Notes: a model not told the origin generated them from the letters alone. Shown: positions 43,604 through 55,021, counted from the stretch's first letter. The stretch: DNA of 64,000 nucleotides from an uncultured Alphaproteobacteria bacterium (GCA_963733925.1 CAVTFL010000035.1:142684-206683); one strand, 5' to 3'. A program made the numbers and translations.

Positions 43604-46456
43604 ATGATTGCAGAGCGGACGGCGCACACTACAAACGTAATTTCCTTTGGGCCTTTCATTTTGGCGGCTAGCGAACGCCTGCTGACGAAAAATGGCGCCC
43701 TGGTTGAATTGAGCCCGCGCACGCTCGACATTTTGATCGCGCTGGTGTCCCGCCCAAACGAGGTTGTTAGCAAACGAGAACTACTGGCCCACGTCTGGCC
43801 CGACGTGACGGTGGAAGAAGGTAGCTTGAGGTTTCACGTCGCGGCGCTGCGCAAGGCGCTCAGCGACGGGAAGGACGGTGCACGATACATCATCACCCAT
43901 GCCGGGAGGGGTTACTGCTTCGTCGCTCGGATCTCGCTGGCTGCAGGCACGGCCACCGAGAGCCCGACGGACGCTGCGATTAATCCTGACGCAAGTCTGC
44001 CGGCGCGTCAGATGCGGATGGTCGGGCGGGCAGACAGCGTGCTCACGCTGTCGATTCAACTTGCTGCTTCACGCTTCGTCACCGTTGTCGGCTCCGGAGG
44101 AGTCGGTAAGACCACGGTCGCCGTGGCGGTTGCCCATGATCTGCTCGGAGCATTCGCCGGCTCGGTGTTTTTCGTTGACCTCGGGGCGCTGTTGGATGCG
44201 GACCTGGCGGCCATTTCGTTGGCCTCGATGCTGGGGCTTGCGGTTCAATCCGAAGATCCAATACCCGGCTTGCTCGCATATCTACGCGACAAGAGGATCC
44301 TTTTGATTTTCGACAACTGCGAGCACATCATCGAAGCCGCCGCGAATCTCGCGGAACGGATATTTCTGGCAGCCCCTCAGGTCCATATCCTGGCGACGAG
44401 CCGCGAAGCTCTTAGAGTGCAAGGCGAGCGGGTCCACAGGTTGGCGCCACTGAGCTTTCCGCCCGACGACCTGGGACTCACCGCGCCAATCGCTCTGACG
44501 TTCCCCGCGGTCCAGCTGTTTCTGGAGCGCGCGGAAGCGAGTGGCATCCGTTTGGACCTCGATGACGCGGACGCCTCAATCGTGGCAAGCATCTGCCGAA
44601 AGCTCGACGGCGTGCCGCTTGCAATCGAATTGGCCGCTGGACGAGTTGAAGCCTACGGCTTGCAGGAGACCGCGACCCTTCTCGAGCAACGCCTGACAAT
44701 GCCGTGGCCGGGGCAGCGCACGGCGCCGGCGCGCCACAGGACATTGCAAGCCACGCTGGATTGGAGTTACGGGCTCCTGTCCGAGCCGGAACGCGTGGTG
44801 CTGCGCAGACTCGCTGTGTTCGTCGGCCATTTTACACTCGAGGCGGCGCAGGCGGTGGTGACGAGCGCGACCATCGACCAAGTTCTCATCCTCGGTGCTA
44901 TCGGCAGCCTTGTCGCAAAGTCGATGGTCGCGACCAATCGCCTCGGGTCAACAATGCGCTACCGGTTGTTGGACACGACGCGCGCATACGCCCTTCAAAT
45001 CAGCGTTGACGACGCTGAGTTTGCCGATCTGGCAGCACGACACGCAACGCACTATCAGCAACTGCTAGAGCAGACCGGCGCCGAATGGTCGACGACCAAT
45101 ACGCTCGCAAGGGCGCCGCACCATCCCGATCTTGGCAACGTGCGCGCCGCGTTGGAATGGTGCTTTGGCGTCAAAGGCAACGTAGCGATTGGTGTTCGCC
45201 TTGCCGCCGCCGCAACGCCGGCTTTTTTGGCGATGTCTCTCATGGCTGAATGTCAGCGCTGGTCGGAGCGGGCGCTTTTGGTGCTCGACGATGCCGCGCG
45301 CGGCGGCCACGACGAGATGCAGCTTCAGGCGGCCTTGGGACTATCGTTGATCTTCACCCGCGGCATGGGCGAGGCAGCCCGCGTGGCTTTGAAAAGAGGC
45401 CTGGCCATCGCTGAGGAACGTGACGATGCCCTCAGCCAAATGCAGCTGCTCTGCCCGTTGCATATGTTCCACTTTCGCATCGGTGACTTCAAATCGGCGC
45501 TAGACTATGGCCAGCGTACCGTCAACGTTGCGGCAAAGATTGGGGATCCCGCGGCGATCGCGTTGTCTCATACCTTTATGGGGATTCCACTCCACGTTAC
45601 CGGCGATCTTGAGAGCGCCCGCGCGGAGTTCAGTGCAGCGCTGCAGCTTGGGGTCGGCTCGCAGCGGACCAGCCTGACCTATCTCGGCTTCGACAATATA
45701 GCCGGAGGGGCGCTGGCCAGGACCCTGTGGTTGCTAGGGTATCCCACTCAGGCCGAGGAACGCGCTCGCCAGGCGGTCGAGGACGCCACCGGCACCGGCC
45801 ATCCCGTGTCGCTGTCCGTCTCTTTGCTCTGGGCTGTGTCGGTGTTCCTTTGGACCGGTAATCTCGACAGCGCCGAGGAATATCTGGATCGGTTCGTATC
45901 CCATTCCGAATCCCATTCCCTGTTGCCCTATCTCGCGCTTGGACGCGGCTACAGAGGGGAACTGGCTCTTCGCCGCGGCGACGCAAAGGGCGGTGTTGAG
46001 AGCCTGCAGAGATGCGTGGAGGAGTTGCACGTGGCGCGTTATGAAGTGCTGGCGATGGCGTGCAACATCCCGCTGGTCCAGGGACTTGCCGCCCTTGGCC
46101 GGTTCTCTGAAGGCGTTGCCCTGATCAACGAAACTATCCGACAGGTCGAGGCAAACGGAGGTCTGTCCTACCTCCCAGAGTTACTGCGCGTGAAGGGCAG
46201 CTTGCTTCTCTCCATGCCGCAGTCTGCGGTTGACGACGCGATAGGGTGCTTCGTCCAGTCGCTCGACTGCAGCCGTCGTCTGGGCGCGCTAGCGTGGGAG
46301 TTGCGCACCTCGATCGACCTGGCCGCGCTTCGGGCCGCTCAGGGCCATTCCGACGCCGCTCGCGCTGTTCTGCTGCCGGTGTTTGAACAGTTCCTGGAGG
46401 GCTCTGATACAGCGGATCTGCAGGCTGCTGAACGGTTGCTTGCGACCTTGAGCTAG
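43604..46456 (+). CDS. wHTH + P-loop (STAND-type) + helical-repeat transcriptional regulator
   Basis: FGPF...VWPDVTVEEGSLRFHV..LRK, GSGGVGKTT, FDNCEH, LDGVPLAIELAA, TLDWSY. Confidence 0.9.
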   Translation: MIAERTAHTTNVISFGPFILAASERLLTKNGALVELSPRTLDILIALVSRPNEVVSKRELLAHVWPDVTVEEGSLRFHVAALRKALSDGKDGARYIITHAGRGYCFVARISLAAGTATESPTDAAINPDASLPARQMRMVGRADSVLTLSIQLAASRFVTVVGSGGVGKTTVAVAVAHDLLGAFAGSVFFVDLGALLDADLAAISLASMLGLAVQSEDPIPGLLAYLRDKRILLIFDNCEHIIEAAANLAERIFLAAPQVHILATSREALRVQGERVHRLAPLSFPPDDLGLTAPIALTFPAVQLFLERAEASGIRLDLDDADASIVASICRKLDGVPLAIELAAGRVEAYGLQETATLLEQRLTMPWPGQRTAPARHRTLQATLDWSYGLLSEPERVVLRRLAVFVGHFTLEAAQAVVTSATIDQVLILGAIGSLVAKSMVATNRLGSTMRYRLLDTTRAYALQISVDDAEFADLAARHATHYQQLLEQTGAEWSTTNTLARAPHHPDLGNVRAALEWCFGVKGNVAIGVRLAAAATPAFLAMSLMAECQRWSERALLVLDDAARGGHDEMQLQAALGLSLIFTRGMGEAARVALKRGLAIAEERDDALSQMQLLCPLHMFHFRIGDFKSALDYGQRTVNVAAKIGDPAAIALSHTFMGIPLHVTGDLESARAEFSAALQLGVGSQRTSLTYLGFDNIAGGALARTLWLLGYPTQAEERARQAVEDATGTGHPVSLSVSLLWAVSVFLWTGNLDSAEEYLDRFVSHSESHSLLPYLALGRGYRGELALRRGDAKGGVESLQRCVEELHVARYEVLAMACNIPLVQGLAALGRFSEGVALINETIRQVEANGGLSYLPELLRVKGSLLLSMPQSAVDDAIGCFVQSLDCSRRLGALAWELRTSIDLAALRAAQGHSDAARAVLLPVFEQFLEGSDTADLQAAERLLATLS

Positions 46457-46566
46457 TGGTCCGATCCCGACAGAAGCATCCTATGCGGTCGGGTGAATTG
46501 GCCCACAAAATCAGAGGCTAGTGGTTCAAAACGGACGGCTCTCTCTGTCTGATTTGAACCACTAGC
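46453..46566. repeat. Tandem short palindromic (MITE/REP-like) elements
   Basis: Perfect 14-bp IR GCTAGTGGTTCAAA (46517-46530) / TTTGAACCACTAGC (46553-46566), preceded by a degenerate CTAGTGGTCCGAT unit. Confidence 0.7.
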
Positions 46567-46934
46567 ATTCGGAAATCAATAGAGCGCCTGCAAGCGGCCA
46601 GTACTGTCCTCGCTCACAACTATTAACAGCAAATGCTGACAGCGTTCACAAGCTATAACGGGCATTCTCCGCGGCCTCCGCTACTTACTCGAATCAGCAA
46701 AAGAGTTGGGCAATGCGGCGGCCTGGTAGCCGCTCAGGGGAGATAAATCCGATGGTTTCGTACGCTCGTCTCGGTCGAGAGGAATGTCATTCGGGACTGC
46801 GGCTGGAAAAGTCGTGGTCAGGGTACAAATGGCCGCCCGTCTTCACCGGCTTGGACGGGGCGAGATCGCCGAATGACGGGAGAGGTCCTGGCAGCTGGAC
46901 AGTCAGCGCTCGGAACTTCCCAACGAAAGTAGCA

Positions 46935-47573
46935 GTGACGGACCGGCTATCGCCGGTTGAGGCGCCTGTCCGGCAGCATCGGGACTCGTGGCCGAAGGAT
47001 AGCGGGCAGGAAGGGTGTTCGGGTGAGGAACTTCTAGATGGCGTCCGCCGGGCGATGGAGCGGAACCCGGAAGTCGCTCGCGCGGCAGTTTTGCAGTTGT
47101 TGACGTTTCTTACGCCGCCACCGGCCGGTGTTGAATCGGCGGGCGCTCGTGGGGGCCTGGCGCCGTGGCAGAAACGCAAGGCGGATCGATATCTGAGAGA
47201 GCACGTGGATCAGCCTGTGCGCCTGAATGAGGTGGCTGAGCAAGTCGCGCTCAGCGTTAGTTATTTCTCCCGTGCCTTCAAAGAAAGCTTCGGGACCACG
47301 CCGCATATGCACATGGTTCGGTTGAGAGTGGAATTGGCGCAGGAACTGATGCTGACAACGGGAGACCCCCTAAGTCAAATCGCGCTCGCGTGCGGCCTCG
47401 CAGATCAGGCGCACCTTTCGAAGCTCTTTCGACGATTGGTGGGCGAGACGCCAAACGCCTGGCGTCGTCGAAACCTCAGCGATGCTCAGGGCGAAGCGAG
47501 AAGTCGTCGTTCAACAACAGGGCAATCTGTTAACCTAGGCTCTGGGTGTGAACGTATCGCCGCGTCGCTGTGA
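46935..47573 (+). CDS. AraC-family regulator (start uncertain)
   Basis: GGLAPWQ, LSVSYFSRAFKESFG, IALACGLADQAHLSKLFRR. Confidence 0.88.
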   Translation: MTDRLSPVEAPVRQHRDSWPKDSGQEGCSGEELLDGVRRAMERNPEVARAAVLQLLTFLTPPPAGVESAGARGGLAPWQKRKADRYLREHVDQPVRLNEVAEQVALSVSYFSRAFKESFGTTPHMHMVRLRVELAQELMLTTGDPLSQIALACGLADQAHLSKLFRRLVGETPNAWRRRNLSDAQGEARSRRSTTGQSVNLGSGCERIAASL

Positions 47574-48011
47574 AAGAGGAGTTTCTGCGCAGGCACAACA
47601 GATCGAGGGATCCGACATTGTGACTGGAACGTCAAGTGTATCGATGTAACAACCAAGTTGCTTGGTCCGGCTCCTGTCTCGGGAGGGCGATAGCATTAGC
47701 GGGTGCTTTGGCGAAACTGCGAATTATGAATGCGTCGAAGAGTTGCGTTGCTCTGAACTTCTCGGCCAAAGGACGCCGCTAAAATGGTTTGTAGCTCAGG
47801 GGCGGGAAACACGCTGAGCGGTCCGGGGTGTGGTCATCCTCCGCCGCCGCGGCGCAATGGAGTCCGACGCCTCATATCCGATAGGTTTTAAGGCGCGCTG
47901 CTCTGTGGGGTAGGTGGGCGGGTCTGCCGTCCAAAGATAACGCGAACACTTCGAGGGGTATCGAGCCCCCAAGCTATGCTTGCGGGTTCGTTTCCGCATC
48001 GTGAATTACTC

Positions 48012-48839
48012 TCACTCGGCAAAGTGACCTCCGATTCGGTACCGGTAAGCAGCGGACGAACGGGAAAGGTTTGGAAACAGGGCTTGGCGGGCGCTCTCAT
48101 ATGCGTTCCAATCAGCCAGGTCGGGCAAAGAAGGCAGCGTTACGAGTTCACCTTGGTCAAGTCCAGCCAGCGCCGCATCCACCATCTCGCCAGCTGGCAT
48201 GACCAACTCTGCCGGAAGGTGTTCGACGGGCATGCCGGCAATGCCCCAGAAGTCGGTGGCAGTCGCGCCCGGAAGGACCACCTGAACACGGATGCCTTTA
48301 TCGGCTAGTTCCTGGTTCAGCGAACGACTGAAGGCTAGCACGAAGGCCTTTGTCCCCGCGTACACCCCGTTGAAAAGCTCGGGCTGGACGGCAACAATCG
48401 AAGCAATATTGATGATGGTCCCGGCAGCGCGGGCGACGAAAGCCGGAGCCGCAGCGTACGTCAGGCGTGTAATGACATTCACGCTCAGCGCGATCATCTC
48501 GCTCATCTTGTCAACCTCAGAGGCGAGCAAGGGTGCGGTGGTGCCGATCCCAGCGTTATTTAGCAACATCGTAATGCGAGAATTGGTGCGCAGTATCTGC
48601 TCGACCTTCGCAACACCCGTTGGGTCAGTGAGATCGGTGGCCAGCACCTCGATCTTGCGACCGGTCCTTTGGACGATCTGAGCCGCGACAATTTCCAAAT
48701 GCTGCTGATTTCGTGCAACCAGAATGAGGTCATGGCCGCGGCGCGCCAGTCGGTCAGCATAGATCGCGCCGATGCCCGAGGAGGCGCCGGTGATCAGGGC
48801 TACGCCGGATGTATGTTGGTGCATTTCTGTTTTCTTCAA
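48012..48839 (-). CDS. SDR oxidoreductase
   Basis: TGASSGIG, NNAG, YAGTK. Confidence 0.92.
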   Translation of the reverse strand: MKKTEMHQHTSGVALITGASSGIGAIYADRLARRGHDLILVARNQQHLEIVAAQIVQRTGRKIEVLATDLTDPTGVAKVEQILRTNSRITMLLNNAGIGTTAPLLASEVDKMSEMIALSVNVITRLTYAAAPAFVARAAGTIINIASIVAVQPELFNGVYAGTKAFVLAFSRSLNQELADKGIRVQVVLPGATATDFWGIAGMPVEHLPAELVMPAGEMVDAALAGLDQGELVTLPSLPDLADWNAYESARQALFPNLSRSSAAYRYRIGGHFAE

Positions 48840-49194
48840 ATCCAGGAGGCTGGCAGAGACGCGCCTGCCTTGCTTGGCGCAGCCGACGTTCGTGTTGCAG
48901 ACGTGTTCAGTCTCCTAGACGCCACACGGGCTCGGCCCTCGGGCGAGCCGTGATGGTAGGTTTACTTTCGAATTTGGGCCGATGCTTTCACCGAACTGCG
49001 CGAATTTGTCGCCGATTACCGCAATCGGCGCATCGCGCGATAAACATTTCGAGCACATGATGACAGCGCGGTTGGGCAGACAGCTCAAATCATGGGCGAG
49101 AACGGACCGAAAGCCAACGGCACGAAAGGAACGGCCATATTCACAAACGCAGCCGGGGCGCCCTAAGCTGACGCCATAGGCGGAGAAGACGGGC

Positions 49195-49535
49195 ATGGCG
49201 TTGAAGCGCATGGTGCTGGAAATCGGTATGGGCACCGACATCAGGGGCGCCGACCCCACCAAGGCGGCGGTCCGAGCGTTGCGTGACGCGCTGTGGCACA
49301 ATTCCCTCAGCGTGGCCAACGCCTTGGGTCTCGACACGGATTCCATGCAGGTTGAGGTCACGATCGGCGTACCCACCCGGAGAGGGTGAACAAGGAAGAG
49401 GTGCTGGCGACCCTGCCCCATGGCACCGGGACCGTCATCGTAGTCGACGGCGGTCTGGAGATCCCGAACGACGAGGGGACGAATTCGACCCTGATCGCCA
49501 GCGCGGCGGCGGTAGTCTGGCTCGACGTCGCTTGA
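49195..49535 (+). CDS. Lin0512-family protein 1 (1-nt loss near 49373)
   Basis: EIGMGTDIRG.DPTKAAVRALRDA...V.IGVP...LPHG...GGL. Confidence 0.82.
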
Positions 49536-49549
49536 AGGAGGATCGGATT

Positions 49550-49894
49550 ATGGCACGCAAGCGCGTCATCCTGGAACTTGGCATGGGCAACGACCTGCAC
49601 GGCGGAGACTACACCAAGGCTGCCTTGCGGGCGGTGCAGGACGCGATCCATCACTCGTCGCTGTCGATGATCCGGTCGCTGGGGATCGACGCGAAGACGC
49701 AAATGTTCGTGGAGGTTACGATTGGGGTCCAACAGCCCGACAGGGTCGATACGGAGGCAGTGAAAGCGTCGCTGCCGCATGGGATTGTTACTGTGAAGGC
49801 GATGAAGGGCGGCTTGGACGTGATCGATCCGGAACGGGGCGACAACGCGGTGATCGCCAACGCGGCGGTCGCTGTGCGGTTGGAGCTGGGGTAG
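49550..49894 (+). CDS. Lin0512-family protein 2
   Basis: ELGMGNDLHG.DYTKAALRAVQDA (GxGxDxHG), LPHG, GGL; GGAGGA RBS. Confidence 0.88.
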   Translation: MARKRVILELGMGNDLHGGDYTKAALRAVQDAIHHSSLSMIRSLGIDAKTQMFVEVTIGVQQPDRVDTEAVKASLPHGIVTVKAMKGGLDVIDPERGDNAVIANAAVAVRLELG

Positions 49895-50060
49895 GCCCTC
49901 GGTTCGAAGGGCCCGCCCGTTGCCCGCATCCGCCCGCCCCTCGCGGCACGGGGCGGCGCCCAGCCTTCCTTTACCATCCCCGCGGACCTCGCTAGCGTCT
50001 ATACGGGAAGCAACAGGACCCGTCCGTGACGGCACGGCTGGGCCCGGGAAGGAATACATC

Positions 50061-51246
50061 ATGCGTTTGAAGCCTACGAAGTGCATCTTACCCGTTCTCG
50101 CCGGCGGTCTGCTGTTGTCTGTCCCGATCGCACGCGCGGCCGACACAGTCCGCGGCGTCACGGACACCGAGATCATCATCGGCACCATCACCGACCTCTC
50201 CGGCGTGACCGCGGTTCAGGGCGTCAACAACAGTGACGCCGTACGGATGGCATTCGACGAGGCCAACGCATCCGGCGGAGTCAACGGCCGCAAGATCAAA
50301 TACGTCGTGGAAGACAATCAGTATCAGGTGCCCCGCGCCGTCCAGGCAATGAACAAGCTGCTGAACAACGACAATGTCTTCATGACGATCGACGACGGCG
50401 GCACGCCGATGAACGACGCCAACATGCCGACCCAGTTCGCCAAGAACGTCCCGAACATGTTCCCGCTGACCGCCGCGCGTTCGATGTACGAGCCCTACAA
50501 CAAGCTGAAATTTGGCCAGTTCGCGTCGTACTACGACCAGATGCGGGCCGCGGTGAAATACTTCGCCGAGACCAAGGGCCGCAAAGCATTTTGCGTCACC
50601 TATCAGGACTCCGACTTCGGGAAGGACGTCCTCGCCGGCGTTGTCGCCGAAACCCAGGCGCTCGGACTCAAGGTCGTCGATACAACCGCGCACCGGCCCA
50701 CCGATACCGACTTCAACGCGCCGATGACCAAACTTCACGATGCCGGTTGTGACGTCATCATGATGGGCACGATCGTGCGCGACACCAACATCATCATCCA
50801 GACCGCTCGAAAAATGAGCTGGAATGTCGATCTCGTGGGCCAGTTCGCCTCTTACGATACGGCTGTCGCTACCCTTCCCGGCGGCGCCACCGAGGGCTTC
50901 TACTGCATGACCCCTGCCCTCTATGCCTATCCGGACGACCCTCGCCCCGAGGTGCAGGATTTCGCCAAGCGCTACAAGGCGCGCTACGGCCGCGATCCGA
51001 ACTTCCATGGCGAGGTCGGCTATACCGCGGCGCAGGTGGTCCTGATCGGTCTGAAGAGCGCCGGCAAGGACCTGACCGTAGACAGCTTCATCAAGGGGAT
51101 GGAGGGCATCCACGAGCTACAAGGATATATTCGGCTCCGAACTATCGTTCGGCCCGGATCAGCACCATGGCTCGACCCGTTCCTTCCTGACGGTGGTGAA
51201 GGATGGCCGCTGGGTGCCGGTGGAACAGGCGGCGCTAGGCTACTGA
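50061..51246 (+). CDS. Branched-chain-type ABC substrate-binding protein, frameshift near 51117
   Basis: Signal peptide, RGVTDTEIIIG..DLSG, GGVNGRKI, YQDSDFG. Confidence 0.87.
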
Positions 51247-51875
51247 CTACCAATTCGTGTCCACACCGCTGTCACGATGGCGGTGTGGACAGCCTGAATG
51301 TCGCCCGAGGCATCCAGCAGCACGCAGCGCTCCGGATCCGCCAAGGCGATATCTCGAAAACCTTCCCGCACGCGGGCGTGGAACGCCGCATCCAGCCGCT
51401 CGTACCGGTCCGAATCGCCACCGCGCCCCCGCCGTCGCTCGGCGGCAACCGGTTCCGGAACATCCAACACCACCGTCACATCTGGTTTCATTCCCAGCAG
51501 CCGGATCTGTTCGGCGATAAAGCTCCGATCAGCGCCTTGGCCATAGCCCTGATACGCCAGCGTTGAATCAAAGAAGCGATCGCAAATGACCCACGTCCCG
51601 GCGTCCAACGCGGGTCGAATGCGCTTCGCCACATGCTCCGTCCGGGCGGCGAAATGCAGCAGCGTCTCGGCGCGCGGCGACCAGTCGACGGAACCGTCCG
51701 AGCAGGAGCCCCGCAGCAGTTCCGCGCCCGCCGAGCCGCCAGGTTCGCGGGTCCGCAGCACATCAATACCTCGCACCGCCACCGCTTCGGCCAGCAACTC
51801 CGACTGGGTAGTCTTGCCGGCCCCTTCCCCGCCCTCCAGCGTAATGAAACGACCCAGCCGGGGATGAGCGCTCAC
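51240..51875 (-). CDS. tmk: Thymidylate kinase
   Basis: FITLEGGEGAGKTTQ, TREPGG, CDRFFDSTLAYQG. Confidence 0.95.
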   Translation of the reverse strand: MSAHPRLGRFITLEGGEGAGKTTQSELLAEAVAVRGIDVLRTREPGGSAGAELLRGSCSDGSVDWSPRAETLLHFAARTEHVAKRIRPALDAGTWVICDRFFDSTLAYQGYGQGADRSFIAEQIRLLGMKPDVTVVLDVPEPVAAERRRGRGGDSDRYERLDAAFHARVREGFRDIALADPERCVLLDASGDIQAVHTAIVTAVWTRIGSQ

Positions 51876-53072
51876 GTCCCCGTCACATACTTCGACAGCA
51901 CCGCCATCGCGCGTCCGGGCAAGCCAAGCCGCGGCACGTCCGCCGCCGCCATCAGCGGCACATCCAGATGAGGAACGCCTTCGCCGGTCACCGTCAGCTT
52001 GCCGAATGTATCACCCTTGGCCACCGGGGCTGTAAGACGGCGAGTCGTAAGCGACCTTCACCGAGGCCTTCTGTCGCCAGTTTCGCGGCATCGTCACGAT
52101 CACGTCGCGACCGGCAACCAGAGCCACCGTGCGCTCCGTACCAAGCCAGACCGGAACCTGTTCGACGACGGCGTCTGCGCTGAACAGCGTGACGTCTTCG
52201 AAATTGAAGAACGCCCAGTCCATCAGCCGCTCGCCTTCCTCGGCGCGCTCGTGCATCGAGGACATGCCGTTCAGAACCAGGATCACCCGCCGGCCGTTGC
52301 GCTTTGAACTTGCAACAAGTCCGAAGCCGCCGGCGTCGGTATGGCCGGTCTTCAGACCATCCGCTGTGCCCTTCTGCACCATCGGGTTGCGGTTGCCCTG
52401 TTCAATACCGTTGTAGCGGAACGATTTTTCCTCATCGTAATGATAATACTCCGGGAAATCGTGGATGATCCGCCCGGCGAGGGTGGCGATGTCCCGCGCG
52501 CTCATGTGCTGGTCAGGATCCGGCCAGCCGGTGCAATTCTTGAAAACTGAATTGGTTAGACCAAGTTCTTTAGCTTTCGCATTCATTTTCTCGGCGAACT
52601 GCTCTTCCGATCCGCCGATCGCTTCCGCAAGGACGATCGCCGCGTCGTTGCCCGATTGCACGACTACGCCGCGGATCAGGTCCTCGACCTTCACGGTGGT
52701 GCCAATCTGCACGAACATCTTCGATCCCTGCATCCGCCAGGCCTTCTCGGTCACAGGCAGTTCGTCCTCCAGCTTCAGCTTGCCCTGCTTGAGTTGGTCA
52801 TAGACGAGGTACAACGTCATCAGCTTGGTCATCGACGACGGCGGCATTTCGTCATCAGGCAGCTTCTCCAACAGCGAGGCGCCGGTGTCGAAGTCCTCAA
52901 TGTAGGCCCACCGGGCGGCGGTATCGATGGCGCCCATCGGGGTGTCAGCCGGGCTGCCGGTGGGCGCGGCTGCGTCCTTATCCTTACCCTTGCGCGGACG
53001 CTTTTGCGCCAACGCGGGTCCCGCCCCGAGCACGAAGGCGGACGCCAGCAAGCCAAGACGACGGGTTAGCAT
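51872..53072 (-). CDS. dacA: D-alanyl-D-alanine carboxypeptidase, frameshift near 52035
   Basis: PSSMTK (SxxK), SGNDA (SxN), GLKTGHT (KTG). Confidence 0.9.
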
Positions 53073-53086
53073 CTCGATGGTACCTC

Positions 53087-54047
53087 CTAATCCACCACAA
53101 TTCTTGCATCCGGTATCCCTGACGCCAGGGCCCGATCCAGCAACGCATCCGCCGCGGCGATGTCGGGGAGCGGGCCAACCTCCACAAGGAAGCGTTGAGT
53201 GCGGCGGCCTTCGCGGACGCTCCGGATCTGTGCGCCTGCCCAACCCATTTTCGCACGTTGAACAACGGCGTATTGATAGGTCGTCGAACGTATCCAGACG
53301 CACCATCAGCTTCCCGCGATGTGGCGTCGTCTGCGTGACGACTTCAGGCAGCCGCATCGGCGGCGCGGGTGTCGGCGCTCGCTCGGGGGCCACTGCGCGC
53401 GCCGCCGGCAGCGGGCGGCCATTGCCCTGGCGGACACCAGGGATCGGCAACAGCTCCGCAACCTGCACATCACCGCGCGGGGCCGCCGTCAGTCCCAGCG
53501 AGGGCGCGCCAGGCACCGCCTCGGCCGCCGCATGGCTTTCGTTCGGCAGCACGTGCAATCGCACCCGCGCGATGCCGCTCGGTGGCATGTCCAGCAGTGT
53601 CGCGGTGCGGCGGGTAACCTCTACCAGCCGGTGGGGATCGCCGGAGCCTCGGTCGTTGATCCGGACGATGACTTCGCGACCGTTCTCAAGGTTGGTGAGC
53701 CGGGCGATGGCGGGAAGCTGGAGGGTCGGGTGGGCGGCGGCAACCGCCGTCTGGTCGAAAAGTTCTCCATCGGTGGTCAGACCGGGCGCCGCCCGTTTCG
53801 TAATCGAGGCAATACCGGTTTGATCCAGGTCGAAGGACTCGTCCGGATACAGCCAAACGGATCCCACCTGGTAGGGCGCTCCCAGCACGTAGTGCGGATC
53901 AGGTTTAGGCGGTGGCGGCAGGCGGTGCACAGGCGGTCGCCAGAAGCGCGACGATCGACCCACGGTGCCTCGAGGCCGCGTGTCATCTCTCACCGTCCCA
54001 TCAGCCCACACGCACGCGACAATAAGGCAAAAACCTGGTGGCTTCAC
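53087..54047 (-). CDS. rlpA: RlpA septal lytic transglycosylase with SPOR domain, frameshifted
   Basis: GAPYQV, AAHPTLQLP..ARLTNLENGR...VRINDRG; C-terminal RIVVD. Confidence 0.85.
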
Positions 54048-55021
54048 GTCACCACCTGATCGCCGATCAGGCCGACCGCGATGGCGTAGAAGTCAGAAGG
54101 GTTATAGCGTCTTATCGCAGCGAAATTGCCGAAGACGACAAAGGCGTCGCCCCCTGCCCCATCCGGCGCCACCAATCCGGCTTGCGTATCGAGCCGGTGC
54201 GGCCCAGCGGCCGTTGACCGGACGGACGCCAGCTCGTGACCACTCGGAGAGCGGGCGTTTGGCATCACGGCCCGGGGCGTCCAGTAGGCGGCGCGATAAC
54301 TGCCTGACCCCAGGTCTCGTTGGCGCGCCAGCCTGACTGCGCCAGGTAGTTGGCGATCGAGCCCAGCACGTCGGCCTTGCTGGTCCAGATGTCGCGACGC
54401 CCGTGGCCCTCGAAATCGACCGCATAACGCAGATAGCTGCTCGGCATGAATTGCGGCTGACCCATGGCCCCGGCGTAAGAGCCGGTCATGGCCCCAGGTG
54501 CGACGTCGCCATGATCGAGGATCTTCAGCGCCGCCATCAGTTCGCCGCGGAAGAAGCTGGCACGGCGGCCTTCCCAGGCAAGGGTCGAGCGCTTCCACCA
54601 CGCGAAAATCACCAGTACCGGTGCCGAAGCTGGATTCCAGGCCCCAGATGCCGGCAATCACCCCGGCGCCGACGCCGTAGTGTTGGTCCACCCGCTGAAA
54701 CAGCGCGCGGTTGGCCGCGAAAGCCTCGCGGCCGTCGGAAATTCGTTTGTCGGTAATGACGACGCCGCGATAACGGGCCCAGGTCCACGTGGACTCGGGT
54801 TGATGGTGGTCGCGGTCCAGCACTTTCTGGTTCGGCACCACCCCGGCAAAAGCGCGGTCAAGCGTAGCCGGCCTGATGCCCTCCCGGCGCGCCTCGGCCC
54901 GCACCCCACTCACAAAATCCGCGAAACTACCCCCAGGCTCGGCAAAGCTCTGGGCGGACAGGCTCGGTACGGAAAGCGCCGCGGGAATCGCGCTGGCAAT
55001 GAAAATTCGGCGGGTCGGCAT
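54044..55021 (-). CDS. Lytic murein transglycosylase (MltB/SLT_2), frameshifted
   Basis: IWGLESSFG, GSYAGAMGQPQFMPSSY, DIW, SIANYL, YNPSDFYAIAV. Confidence 0.9.
   Translation of the reverse strand: MPTRRIFIASAIPAALSVPSLSAQSFAEPGGSFADFVSGVRAEARREGIRPATLDRAFAGVVPNQKVLDRDHHQPESTWTWARYRGVVITDKRISDGREAFAANRALFQRVDQHYGVGAGVIAGIWGLESSFGTGTGDFRVVEALDPCLGRPPCQLLPRRTDGGAEDPRSWRRRTWGHDRLLRRGHGSAAIHAEQLSALCGRFRGPRASRHLDQQGRRAGLDRQLPGAVRLARQRDLGSGSYRAAYWTPRAVMPNARSPSGHELASVRSTAAGPHRLDTQAGLVAPDGAGGDAFVVFGNFAAIRRYNPSDFYAIAVGLIGDQVVT

Noticed and set aside
49370-49392. TGA at 49387-49389 as a selenocysteine codon
   Set aside because: Family homology continues in another frame; explained by a lost C in a C-run
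52011-54047. Apparent 678-aa RlpA-DacA fusion
   Set aside because: Frameshift artefact; rlpA has its own stop at 53087 and dacA its own GGAGG RBS and ATG at 53072
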